A DNA stretch of 64,000 bases from Heptranchias perlo. Lineage: Eukaryota. Below are positions 22,859 to 35,748 of this stretch, piece by piece. The position numbers and the translations under genes are program-made. Location of the stretch: contig NC_090331.1 in NCBI RefSeq assembly GCF_035084215.1, positions 54,870,001-54,934,000 on the forward strand. Direction: 5' to 3'. Every line of letters starts with the position of its first letter. Position 1 is the stretch's first letter. Under the pieces are notes generated by a model. The model saw only the letters and a list, made by a program, of their open reading frames with translations, was not told the DNA's origin and made no database searches.

Positions 22859-25800
22859 GCCAAAGTAAAGTTCAAATGTGAGTTTCAAGGTCGTGAATTG
22901 AACTTTCTATGGTAATTAAGCTTGCTTGCAGAAAGCATGTAGATCAAGAATATCCATTGTTTTAATGGATAGGTGCTCCTTTGATGTGCTGTCATATAAA
23001 ACAGCAATCTAACATTGCATTGCCACTGCCACTAGTCCAGGGCGTGTTGGTTTACTTAAACATCAGCAACATACAGGGACTGAGATGCAAACCACGGATA
23101 CCTCGTGAACATTTGCTATAGTAGGAAATTGATCGCAAGGCACAAATTTGACTTCTTGTGGCCTGTACTTTGCTGTCCACGGATAAGGTGCCGGCGTCTT
23201 CTCATCATCATTTATTAGTTTCAAAGACATTTGTAATTGTTTTGTTTCCTCAATTTGTTTAAATTGACATATGACTGTCCACTCGAGTAACATCAAATAT
23301 TCTGCATTTTGAGAATGTAAGTACAACAGGTAATTAGAATGGAACATTCGTATTTTAATCTTAAATATATAAATATTATGCATGCAATCTACCTATTTAA
23401 ATTGAGTTCTAATAAAAGGAACGACGAAGCAATTTTTCATTTGTATATACAACTCAAGTTGTTTTGTAATCGTGCTGTGAAACTGGAGCCGGAAAGCGGA
23501 TTAATTCAAAGGTGTATGAAGGTCTAATAAGGATGTATACCTAACCAGGTGTATTAAATTTGTTTTTCGAAAACAATGCGTTTACGGGATGAGTGACAGC
23601 AATGTGTGTGGATTTTAATTAGAAAAAAGGAAAGGTGCTCATATTATTGAAGTTCTGTGTCTGACTTCAGTATAGTTGGTGCTGTGTTGTTTTTAAAGAT
23701 GCGACGACCTCGGCTTCATAATTCAGAGTTACTCTGCTGAAATTACATGTAAATGCGGTGCATAGAATTAAATAAATAAGCAACGTGCCAGAAATTAAAA
23801 ATAATAAATAAAACACACGGGTGATAAACTGTTATGGAACTGTATTTTTAAAGGCCCATATTGAACACAATAAAAATAAAGAAACACGCCTCTCCAATTT
23901 TTTTCTACAATTGATTTATTGCAGTTGTTTTACTTCAGTAACATATTTATTGAACGCCTAATTTCTGAATAAGTTTCAATATTCATACACTGGTGATTGA
24001 TTCAGAACGCACAATATTCACCTGATGCACGAATTTTGGGATTGGAAAAGATGAATCGCCGTGTAGAGACACGTTACACGATATATTGGTTCGTAATCAA
24101 TCGCTTTCAAATGATCCCATCTTGTTGGAACAATATTGGCAGCTCACTGCGCACGCGAAATAATTTTCATCAATCAATTTTCTATAAGATATATAATCGT
24201 TATAAACTCCCAGGGTTTAATGATCAAATTCGGCTTTTAAGTGTGCAAAATCTCACTGGGTTCTGGAAAGTCTGATCATGATGGAAGATACAATTTAAGG
24301 AAATCGAATCCAGAGTAAATGAGACAAATATGTCTCTTCAGTAGTGTTCTTATACACCAATATTAAAGTGAAACCGGTGCACCAATAGAAACAGCATAAT
24401 AATATAAAGACATCCCGTGGTCTTCTCTCCTATTTTTATTCCACTGGACTCTTGTGTGAGCGTTGTTATCTACCCCCTTCCTATTTTTACTGATGGCTGA
24501 CCGCTATTTTATTCGAAGCAAAATAGCAATGCGCCCTTCTATGTAAGACGTGCCTATTAATTTACAAACATTCACATTCTTAATCGTTAGAAAGAGTAAG
24601 TAACCACGAGTGCAAATATTTAAAGGCAAACTTGTACGAAATAATGTAAAATGAAATTATCTATTCTTTGCTGCAATTTGAAAATGATTTGACCTGGGCG
24701 TCACGTACGTGTTTCACTTGAAACAAGAATGAGACTTTTATTAATTTATTTCATATAGGTTGAGGACGATTCAAATCGCCATTAGGACACACGTTTCATC
24801 GAACAGTTTAGGAATTATTGTTTGTATTGAACTATAGAAATAATGTTTAGGTTTTAGAGAGCGGAGTCAAGTGCTATCAACCCCTTTTGATAATTATAAT
24901 TTCACTTTCCATTTATGGGCAACGCCATGGTCGGATTCTACTTAGTTCATGTTTTGATTTGACGGCATCAGTGTGGTCGATTTTTAATTCATTTAAAAGC
25001 GAAAAATCATATTTTTAATGTAAATAGGTTCTGCTTGTTAATGAACGAGGTTTGATGGAAATGTCTTTGTACTTGAGTTTGGACAGTTATCATAAGATGT
25101 AAATGAGAGTGAATGAGTTGCAGCTACTTCGCTTCTCATTCTAGCAAATCAGGACGTGGGTGGGCAGAAAACAGCCAGTTACTTCTAACCCCGCCATTTG
25201 TCTGGACTCTCATTAATTAAACATGCAGCACGCAATTTTAAGAACCTTTATTGAAATATTTCAAAGCAAAGGTATATTCTCTGATTAAATGTCATTAAGT
25301 ATTTCATTCTGGGCATTTTACTAACAGTACCTGTTTGGGATTCATTAACAACAGAGTTTCATGGGTCTTAAATATATCAAAATAATATTTCGACAATTAG
25401 GTCTGGAGGCAATGAAAACATGCTTAGGAGATTAGAGAGTGTTTTTTTCAGGCAGGATATGTAAGTGGAGCCTTGCGCTGAAAATAATGCGTGCACATAT
25501 TTTAAAATTATTTTAGTGAAATTAAATGGATCCGAGGTTGGTATTCAATCATTTGCTCGAGTCAAAGAGATTTTCAATGTCCCTAGTCCTTGGACTTCAT
25601 GTTTGTAGCAAGTAAATGAAATAAATGTAGATGTCTGCAGCCCAGATGTTATATATAAGAACACTTTCCTCCATTGTCTGGATTATGGCAGCGAACAAAA
25701 AGGTTACTATTATTGTCGAGACCTTTTTACATTTCAGAAAGGCAGGTGCTATTGGGGAGAGTACTCTGGTCTTCAGCACAACCTAACAGCACGTTAAACT

Positions 25801-28800
25801 AGGCTACGCCAAAGTAGAGGTTCTTCCATAACCGCTGGACGTAAAATATGTATTTAAAGATTCCATCAAATTCCATTGCACTCGGGTTGCAAAACTTTTG
25901 CATAAAATTGTACGTACTTCTACTATCAAATACAATTAAAACGAATGCGTGCAGTAGTTTACAGATACTTTGCTCACTTTTTAGAAAGTTAATAAACATA
26001 GAATTAACCTAAATGTGAACCTCGAATCTATCGAATTTGGAGAGCTTGTTTTAGAAGCATTTTAATCGAATGAAAACGTCACGTAGGTTTGCAGTATGGA
26101 CGAGTGATTCTGCGGCAGCTTCTACCAAACACAGGAAGGACGTCCGCAAGCGCCACATTAGAAAATTATTAAATTTCAAACAAATCCAGCCACCAATTAA
26201 TCGGAAATGCTAGAAGGTCCTATATATTTTAACGCAAATTTACCTATATGTAAATGATATTTAAAAACCTATGAAGCCATGCATTTGCTAATATTGAAAA
26301 TATCACTGTTATTAGCGCAATTACACTTCTAGTTCAAGTATTAATTAAAAAAATTAACGGAGACCCCAGTGTTTCGGCACCGTGAATTGACTTTCACATT
26401 GAATTAGCGGAGGATGAAAAGGACTATTGCTATTCGCTTCTAACGGCTGCTGTTGCGTTTTGGGGAATGATCAGCCCTGAGCGAGGTGCTGAATTTCTGA
26501 ATGATTTCCGCTTGTATTATACCACGAGATGCAAATAATTGTGGCGCATCATTTCAGACTGCTATTTATATTAATGCGTTGGGTAATTGCAACTAATGTA
26601 AATTACAATAGCTCCGAAATTTATTGTAACTAGGTTATTATATTTGCAGTAGTATAACCCAGAGCTTTGGGAATTTGTCGGACATTACGTCGAATTGCTC
26701 GGAATCTCTTTTTCATCTCACTTTTATGGGTCGAGCTGCCAGACGGTGTCTGTACATGTTCTCCAGATACTGGGGGCGCCATAACAAAGTTAAGGTCAAG
26801 TTAGTGTCTCTTTTTGGATTGCACGAGTCTAACATGCCTACTAATCCTGGACTTTGCTTGACTAATTAGGTTATTTTTCACATTCGAAATACTTAATGTT
26901 GCGTACAGTGCAAAAAAACAAAGAAGAAACTAATATTTTGCTTGGAACCTCAACGTGAAACAGCAGATCGTCGACTTGACCAATTGCGTAAGAAAAAAAC
27001 ACGTCCAACAAACTTGCTTCGTACATCGCCTTTTGTTGCATATGTGTAAGAGATACTGATGCTAATTTATATAGTATAAAACTCTTAGCTTGGTATAACC
27101 TTTGCTTCCTCATCAACGTTAAACAGCTTGTTGAGTATATATCGACAATTATTATTCAAAACAGGCCGAGCTGGTCATCTGAACACGAGACAAGAACAAA
27201 GGACACTTTTAATTCCCTTTCTATTTACAGCTATTGCCATATTATTGAACTGGATCTTTTAGCGCCATTGACAAATGCTATTTGATTGCCCAGTTTGTAC
27301 TAGTACGTGATTTTGTAACAGTTACTACTTGCAAATTACATCGAGACAATTGCCAGTATATTTAAGTGTTAGAGCTTTACATGGAACAACAAAAGCCGTA
27401 TTATAACCAGCGCATAATTAAGTTAATTCTATAATATATGAACAGAATGCACAAGATGAAGCTTTTATTAATTATACAAAGGAAATATTAGATTCTAAAA
27501 GAAAATTTTAAAAGTCGTGACTGTAGACAAGCTAGTGGTGTCGCATTTCAAATTATTTTGCAGGAATAATGCTCGACAAGCTGTTCCACAGTTTAATGTG
27601 GGTTTACCTTATTTTGCTGTATCAGTGACCACTGACCACATTGAGAATACTCAACTGTGTTACATCAAGAGATTTCAATCTTTGATTTAATTTGAGGTTA
27701 ACTATCATTATTATTTTACAATAAACAAATTTAAAAAGCACGCGTTTTGGTTCTCACTGATTAAAACAATACAATGTCAAATGCTTTATGCTGACAAAGA
27801 CCGGATGTTACATTTATATATGTGTGTTCAGGTTCGGTGCTAATGAAGCACACGAATCTAAATTTAGCACATTTGTTGCTTTCAAATCTTCCATTTAAAT
27901 CTATATTTTAGGAAAATTATTCTACAACCAAAACAATGTTTCTTCTATAATCAACAATGTATACGTTTCCATTATGTTTTCATTCGGGGAAGTAGAACTT
28001 GGGGTTCATCCTCAGATTACTCGAGTTGATTGTACAGAATCGTCATCTAATGAGTCAGATATAGGCATAGTAAATTGTGTATTTATACCTGACAAAAGCA
28101 AACGCATATTGATCATACAAGCATGTGCTGTTTGACCGTATCGGAAAATATTAATACAGATAATGACATGTATTCTTCGAAGAGTGTATAAAAGTAAATA
28201 CGAACATAGGAATTGTCGCACAATTAAATATGATTTCTTTTCTTCGTGAAGTTATTTTTCTGTTAAATCAATTCGGATTTAACATTTACATTCATTCGCT
28301 GTTTTTGCTTTAATTTGTCTGGTCTTCAGTTAAAAGGGCAGGGTACAATCGACAGATGTAGATTCAAGCACTTGTCAAATAAGAAGCTCACTTTCATGCA
28401 AATCAGCCTATTTTGAAAAGCATGGTCTAGGTTCTGCGAATGGGGAAGATTACAGAATAACTCGGCAATTATCTTATTTTAATTCTTAAAGTGCTGAAAT
28501 TAATTATAGCTTCCGAAACACAAGCTTTGATTTGTAAATAAGTTTTTTAAAATTTATGCAAATCCTGAATATGAACTTTAGAAATTACAATGAAAAATAT
28601 ACACATCGAGCAATCCTGGTATTTTGGGAATAATCCAAATATTGTTTTACTGCCATATTTTGATGTTACCACAAAAGTGGCGCTGCAGTTCTCGATGCAT
28701 TAAACTTTAAAATCTTGTTTAATTTACATATTTACGGTTTATATTGAATATAGCGTTAAATTCACACAGTCGCTGGACGGTTATTTTGCGTAATGCAAAC

Positions 28801-29688
28801 AGTAAATTGATTTTTTCCAAACACCATCATAGGTTTTTAATGAAGAAAAATCGTTTTTGGGATGTATAATAAGCTAGGCAGTAGGGCATGACTTTGCCAC
28901 TTGCATATTCTTGTCAATATGATATGCCAACCTCCATATTAAAAATTAAAGGGAGGGGCTGGAAATCACTGTTCAAGATACGTGAATGAATAGTGCCGTT
29001 ATCGTCCTTTACTTTAATAGACACATTCTACTTACGGTCCTTATTATGAGACATATAATGAAAACTCTAGTCACACTTCAAACCGACCTAGAAGTATCTT
29101 GTAAATCGGTTCACCAACACAAAATAGCTTGGAAATCCTCTTTATTACCCATGGAATGCTGTAATGCTTATTAAAATAAATTATAAATTATTACATTTTA
29201 AAATATAATTGCCTGTTTGGCAGAATAAGGCTTTTATCTTATGAATATGAAGCTGATAGCTAATGAAACACTGGTGTTGTTTTTAAGCTTCCCAAAAATA
29301 GAAAGGCATCTGTGACAGGCTATGATCAGCAAATTAAATTATTTGTTATAGTGTTTGCTTTATCCTTCGTCGGAGCACGAATCGTTGGTACTGGGAAACA
29401 AACGCGGCTACCTTGCAATGTCTGAAAGCCGATAGGCTAGATTCGAGAGTCTTACCTACGAGTTCCTAAGGATGGATCTTAATGACCAAAACTGATATAT
29501 GGTAATTTCTACATTGGATCACATGACTCGTTTACCCTTAGAATCAATCAAGATGAATTGTACGTCACCTTACGTTTCAATTTTTTTCTTTCGCGGACCC
29601 CGTTCATACGCCTTTAGAGTAGAATAGATGGAGCATGCTTAACGCCATCAATCCTGATAATTCGTCCTCGCAACCCCGAAAACAAAAC

Positions 29689-30292
29689 ATGACTGAGTTT
29701 GAAGACCGTAGTAGCTGCACCTCGAGTATGTATCTACCCAGTTGCACGTACTATGTTTCAGCCCCAGATTTCTCGTCAGTGTCAACGTTTTTACCGCAGA
29801 CCACTTCTTGCCAAATGACATTTCCTTACTCCTCTAATTTAGCCCAGGTTCAACCTGTCCGAGAAGTGTCGTTCCGAGATTACGGATTAGAACATCCGAC
29901 TAAGTGGCATTACAGGAGCAATTATGCTCCGTATTGCTCTGCAGAAGAAATAATGCACAGGGACTATATCCAGCCATCGAACAGGACGGGAATGTTGTTT
30001 AAGAATGATACTGTATACAGTCAGCGTGGAAGCTCAAATCCATCTTGCAATTTCTACACCACAGTTGGCAGGAATGGAATACTTCCTCAAGGTTTTGATC
30101 CGTTTTTTGAGACAGCCTATGGGATTTCTAACTCTTCTAATTGTGAACAGTTGACCGAAAAGTCCGTGTCTACGTGCCAGAGTATCACAGCATCTGATAA
30201 ACTTTCTTCGGGCCGGGAGAAAGAAACTACAACCGAAAAGAGCACCGTCGAGTCATCCCGTAACAGTGCGGCCGAAAAAAACAGCCTATCCA
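29689..30292 (+). CDS. hoxd11: Homeobox protein HoxD11, exon 1
   Basis: MTEFEDR...[11 protein letters not shown]...[13 protein letters not shown]...[15 protein letters not shown] (group 11); donor TCCA|gtaggt, phase 1. An in-frame upstream ATG exists at 29635. Confidence 0.92.
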
Positions 30293-30843
30293 GTAGGTGC
30301 AGTAGTAACCCGGGGTTAGAATACAGGGCCAATACATTTTGTCTCACAGGTTTTATGTGAAATTTTATAAGCAGGCGAAGGATTTTATATACCCTATAAG
30401 ATCTGCTTTAATGTTGTAAAGGTTGTTTACGATGGGAAATCAGTTTAGGTGGGCTTTTTGAATATGTAATACCACGAATAGTCGATATTAACTTTCTGCA
30501 ATGTCATTAATGTTAGTGCAATTTGACCGGAGGATTTCCCCGTTTCTATTCATTGCAAATACTTTTTGTTCATACCATCAAAGCAAGGTTTTATGTGTTT
30601 TTTTTCTGCGAGTCTTGCTTTCAATATGAATATAATCAAACTTTGTAAAAGAAAACACAATCAAATATATTCATTAAAAAACTTCACGAAGAAACAAATT
30701 GTGCTATCAGAGTACATTAGAAAAGTCGAATCATTAACTTTTTTGCCTCGTTTCAGGTTTAGTTTAACTAAGTACAAGAAAATAAAGAACGCATCTGTTG
30801 GTCTATGATGATTTGTAACTTTTTTAAAACATATTTCCATCAG

Positions 30844-31076
30844 CTGCTCTGCGATCCAGAAAGAAAAGATGTCCTTACACCAAATATCAAATCCGGGAAC
30901 TTGAACGAGAATTTTTCTTCAATGTCTACATAAACAAAGAAAAACGCTTGCAGTTGTCGAGAATGTTAAACCTCACCGACCGACAAGTCAAAATTTGGTT
31001 CCAGAATCGAAGAATGAAAGAAAAGAAACTTAGCAGAGACCGCCTGCACTTTTTTACTGGTAACTCTTTATTGTGA
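30844..31076 (+). CDS. hoxd11: Homeobox protein HoxD11, exon 2
   Basis: Not in the ORF track. Acceptor ttccatcag|; reads (T)[76 protein letters not shown]. Confidence 0.95.
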
Positions 31077-34000
31077 CTATGATACAGTTTACTCGTGATG
31101 GATTCTCTTCGGCGAACTCTTCATTGCCTTGGTCAATATTTATTTACACAAAGAGGAGCTGCAAGTGTGAGGGAACAGTCTTGCTGTTCTTAAGTGGAAA
31201 CCAGACTGTCCTTATTACGATTGACGTGGAATCAGGTTTAAGGTGACACGGTTGTGCAGGAAACATGGGCATAATGTTTATTAGGGAGCATTCTTACCTC
31301 AGCATTTGTGATATTCACTTCCAAAGGAAGAGGCTTGATTCTACGGGATATTCAGGGCAAAAAGGAGCAGTGTGCTAATTTTAAACAGTAAACCGGGGCA
31401 ATAGAGGGCTGAAATGGAACAATCGTTCATTCGCAGCGATGGGTCAATCAGATAATATTGTATTTTCTATTTCTGTTTTTAGTCAATGTATAGCCAAACT
31501 AACCAGAATTGTTCAAGTTGTGTGTGTAATCACACGAAAAGAAGAAATGCATATTTATTGTTTTACTTTTTCCATTGTATTTCATCAGTTAACATACTAT
31601 AGCTAGAGATGTCTAAAGCAGTTGCAATGTTAATAACGCTGCTTTAAGGTTACAAACTAGTTGACATTTCATGGTAAACGCATATGTTAGATTGTGTTTT
31701 TTTCTCAAATGAGTAAAAGCCTTATATGAAATCTTATGAATAAAACTTTTTTTTTTAAAAAGACCAATTGAGTTTATTTAAGCAGACCTGATACAGCATG
31801 TCACCAATTGGACTTACAAATGGTACAAATATTGTTGATCTATGAAATATAATGAAAAGCAAACATTACAGTTTACTGTCCCTGGCTCGCGTATTGTGCG
31901 TCTCCATGACTAGTCATTTAAGACATAGTCTTTAGTTACTGAAATACAAAAATAAACGCACCCAAATGAATAGTTTTAAACAATCTGTTTAAAAGAAAAA
32001 GTCGAATGTTGACCTGATGTTTTGCCTATAAACATGACAGTTAATTGCAATTAACTTTTTACATACTTCAATTAAACATATTTATATCTGGAAATTAATT
32101 GATGGATCTACTTCGATTGGATGGTAAGAAAAAAACAAATGGGAACGTATATTCAAAATTAAACTGAACTTCGGCAAAAAGGAACCAGTTAAATTTATAC
32201 GCAAAATATGACAACTTGAAGTTCACCTCGGTGTCTCTGTAATACAGCAAGTAAGGCTTCACAAAATTCTTACGTTTCTTTTCGATAAAGAATTGCCAAA
32301 TTTCCGTGCCGCATGACAGCATTTTTGTTTACAAAACCTTGAACTGTCTAGACAACATCGTAAAGTTCACTGCTCTAAACAGCTTAATGGCGACTTACTT
32401 CACCTTCTAGTCACTAAGAGAGGCTTCCACACTATATACCAAACAAAAGGATCCAGGGAAATCAAAGTAAATAGGACTGACTAGAAGATTTTAAAAGGGA
32501 AGAAAAACACAAAGTCAAGTTAATTTATAAAGTCTAACATTTGAAAAAGTAAAAGCAAACGATCTGGAACTCACATAAATTACATCAAACAAATCTGTTT
32601 ATCTTAATGAAGACCAGGATGATACCAAAAAAATAGCTTCGTCTCGTGAGCATACCAAAGTATATTTTGTAAAGAGAATTCTTATAATGTTGCCTTTGAA
32701 CTTCTGTAATGTCAAGGTCATCACCTTTAACCTTTTTGAAGACATAGGCGCCTGATGGCTGTTGGGTTGTTCTTGCAGTTTGTCTCCCAAAGTAAAACAA
32801 AACCTTCAACATCTAAAACATGCTGCTAAAGTGCGCATGCTTAAGGACACTTCCAGTCAAATGTGAAAAATGGCCCTTCCTTAAAATGCCTCTATTTTAG
32901 CTGAGTTTTTGTGTTATTCAAAAGTTACGTTCAACAACACTCTCCAAAGTTTTTTTTGCACAACACAGATAAATGCTAACACTCCTTTGCCCCTCTATAA
33001 CAACCGTAACATAGTAAAAACATCTTTCCATATAGGTTATTCTCATACGAGCTGAACTAGTCAAAATTGTTGATCGTACGTGCATACACTATACCAATCA
33101 CCCACGAGTGTCTCGGTTTCCATGGAAATGGGCGAAAATGTAATTTACGACTCAATAGTTGAAATTTCCAATGCAAATCTGAGCGTTCCACTTTCTCCGT
33201 ATTCTTGTAACTCACTATACTGATCTAAGCATGATTTTACCGTTTGCACATCCTGCTGTAATTATCCGTAACATATATGATTTGGTTAGGTTCGCTACAG
33301 AACTGTCAAGTAAGCGAGAATAGTTTACAGTGGTACTCTGAACATTGTCAGCGATGGTTGATTCTACAAATAGCCACACGGCGGCGTACTGCAGCTCCAC
33401 GACCCAGCCCAGCCCAGCAATCAAGGTCTGTGGTAATGGCTTTCAGGGATGAACATGAAATTAACTGAAATAATGTAAGTATTACGAACGATAAAGTTCT
33501 GTTTGTTGCGGTCATATATCTGGAACACCATATCGAAGTATGGAATTAAATGAGGTATTAATTAAATACAAGGCAGCTCATTGCAATCGTATGTTCATTT
33601 GGTTCATTGCTCGCTTCAAAAGATTAAGGCGTTACTTTCTTGCCGTAATGAGTCCAAAATAAATAAAAATCACTTTCCATTGACGTTATTTTGAGAGATT
33701 TTTTCGACTTTACTTAGTATATTCGCTTAAACTTGATTGGATTCGTTGGGTGCAGAATACACGAAGTTACAAAATAATGGAGCCGAAACAAAGGTTTTGT
33801 AACGTACAACACATTAAAATCAAATCAGATTTAATATATTATTTCCTGTAACAAACCAAACTAACATTATGAATATATAGAGTAAACCAAGGGAACATAT
33901 TACCGTTTATTTGAAAAACTATGTTAAACAATTTAACAATAGGTGGACATTGTTAAATGTTGAGAAAAATGCTAAATAGCTATATTCACATCCTACGATA

Positions 34001-35732
34001 TGGCCGGCTTAAATGGCAGCACAGTATCTGAATCAATCCTTTCTAAGTACTGCATCCCCTCTTACAGCTTCTCCGCAATCCAGATTGATTTAACAAGATT
34101 ATAAAATGAATAATGTTGGACGGTCAAATAACATTTCAGGCTATACATTTCACCGCGATAATGACGTTTTGTTTAACCACAGTATTCGTTTTTTAAAATT
34201 GACAATGAACGCCATTTACATCGTTTTTGCTTGTTAAATTACTACGTTCTTTTGTAGAAGTGAAAAAAAATGTTGTAACCAATATTTACTTAATGAGAAA
34301 AATCATTAACTACCGCATTTTGTCAACGAGAATGGAAACAAGGGATATTTGACGTTAATGTTCTGTGAACCATTCAAGAGGAATCAACGATATATACCTA
34401 ACGTGTGGAATTTTCCTCTCTTACGAGAAATGGTTTCAGAAATTTGAAATGCTATATTGTATGCAAGGAGATAATCTTTAATCTCTCGTTGTAAAACAGG
34501 AATAGTACATATTTGCATCATATTTCTAAATAGTTGAAAGCGACTGATCATATTAAATGGCATATTAAATATTAAATACTCGCTCCTGCTTCATTAATGT
34601 GTGTGTATTAATTGGGCCGTTTTGCTTTTAAATTCCTACTTGCCCCAAAGAAGACGGCTCATTTAAGAACATAAGCTCATTGCCCGAATGTGCTTCACTT
34701 TCTCATGACATGTTCAGAGTTGTCCGCTATCTTCCCTTCAGTTCCGTACACTTCTCGAATTCTGTTAGGAACTTTCCGAAATTATGTTTCTTTTTGTTCT
34801 TGTAGAATATTTTTTTAAATGGCGAAAAACTGTTTTGATAGAGTCCATTTTTCGTGCCTATTTATCTTATAAGACGTTTATTAATTTTACTCAGATTAAA
34901 CGCAGACATAAATGCACGCACGCAGATAATTTAAAACATAGGAAGGCTAATATTCCGATACATGTAATTGCTTACTGATACCCGAGATCGTTACCGATAG
35001 CAAAGATCACAACAGTTTATTTAATGTGACAAGGAGTGAAGTGATTTAAATATGTTGGACTCTGTTGCTAGTAATTTGCAATTTGTAGTAAGGAATAATG
35101 AAAGCGGCGGTCGTGTACACTATAATTTAGCTTTCACTCACAATTTAACTGAAAACGTTCAGTGACCAAAAATATTTCCGAAGTATCTACAGGTGGTAAC
35201 ATTAAAGCAACGTTATGTAATAGACAACTGTTGTGACAACCAAAGTTAGGCTGACGAAAGCTTTACGTGCATTTTAGCCGGATGTTTAAGGAATATTCAG
35301 GCAGGAAGGGATGTTTTCATTCAATCTTTTCCACATTTATCTGATAAACTATAAACAAAAGCATAGGCCTCAACCGATGACACACGCTTTATGTTAACAA
35401 CCTTTAATTTTGAGATATAAATAAGGCAAAACGCTAAAAATAAAATCAAGGTGAAAGTGAAGGATACAAGTGGCTGGAGGTTTCAGGGTCACAAGACCAT
35501 ACCAGTTTAGGCTAGTGGGAAATTGAAAAGGAGAAATGAGAGCCTCCTACAAAGCATAGGGTCAACAGCCTGGTTACCACCACAAGGAAAACAAACAAAG
35601 GAACAAACCTTTCTGTTTAAAAACTTGCAGGGACATTACAGTGATTTTAAATTGTTTGACCAAAACATTTTAGGAACTTGACAAATGTTCTTTCCTTTAT
35701 TTTGTCTCATTTTGACGGTAGGGTTGTTGTGT

Positions 35733-35748
35733 GGGGGGGGGGGGGGGG
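35733..35748. repeat. Poly-G run (16 nt)
   Basis: Direct reading. Confidence 0.85.
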
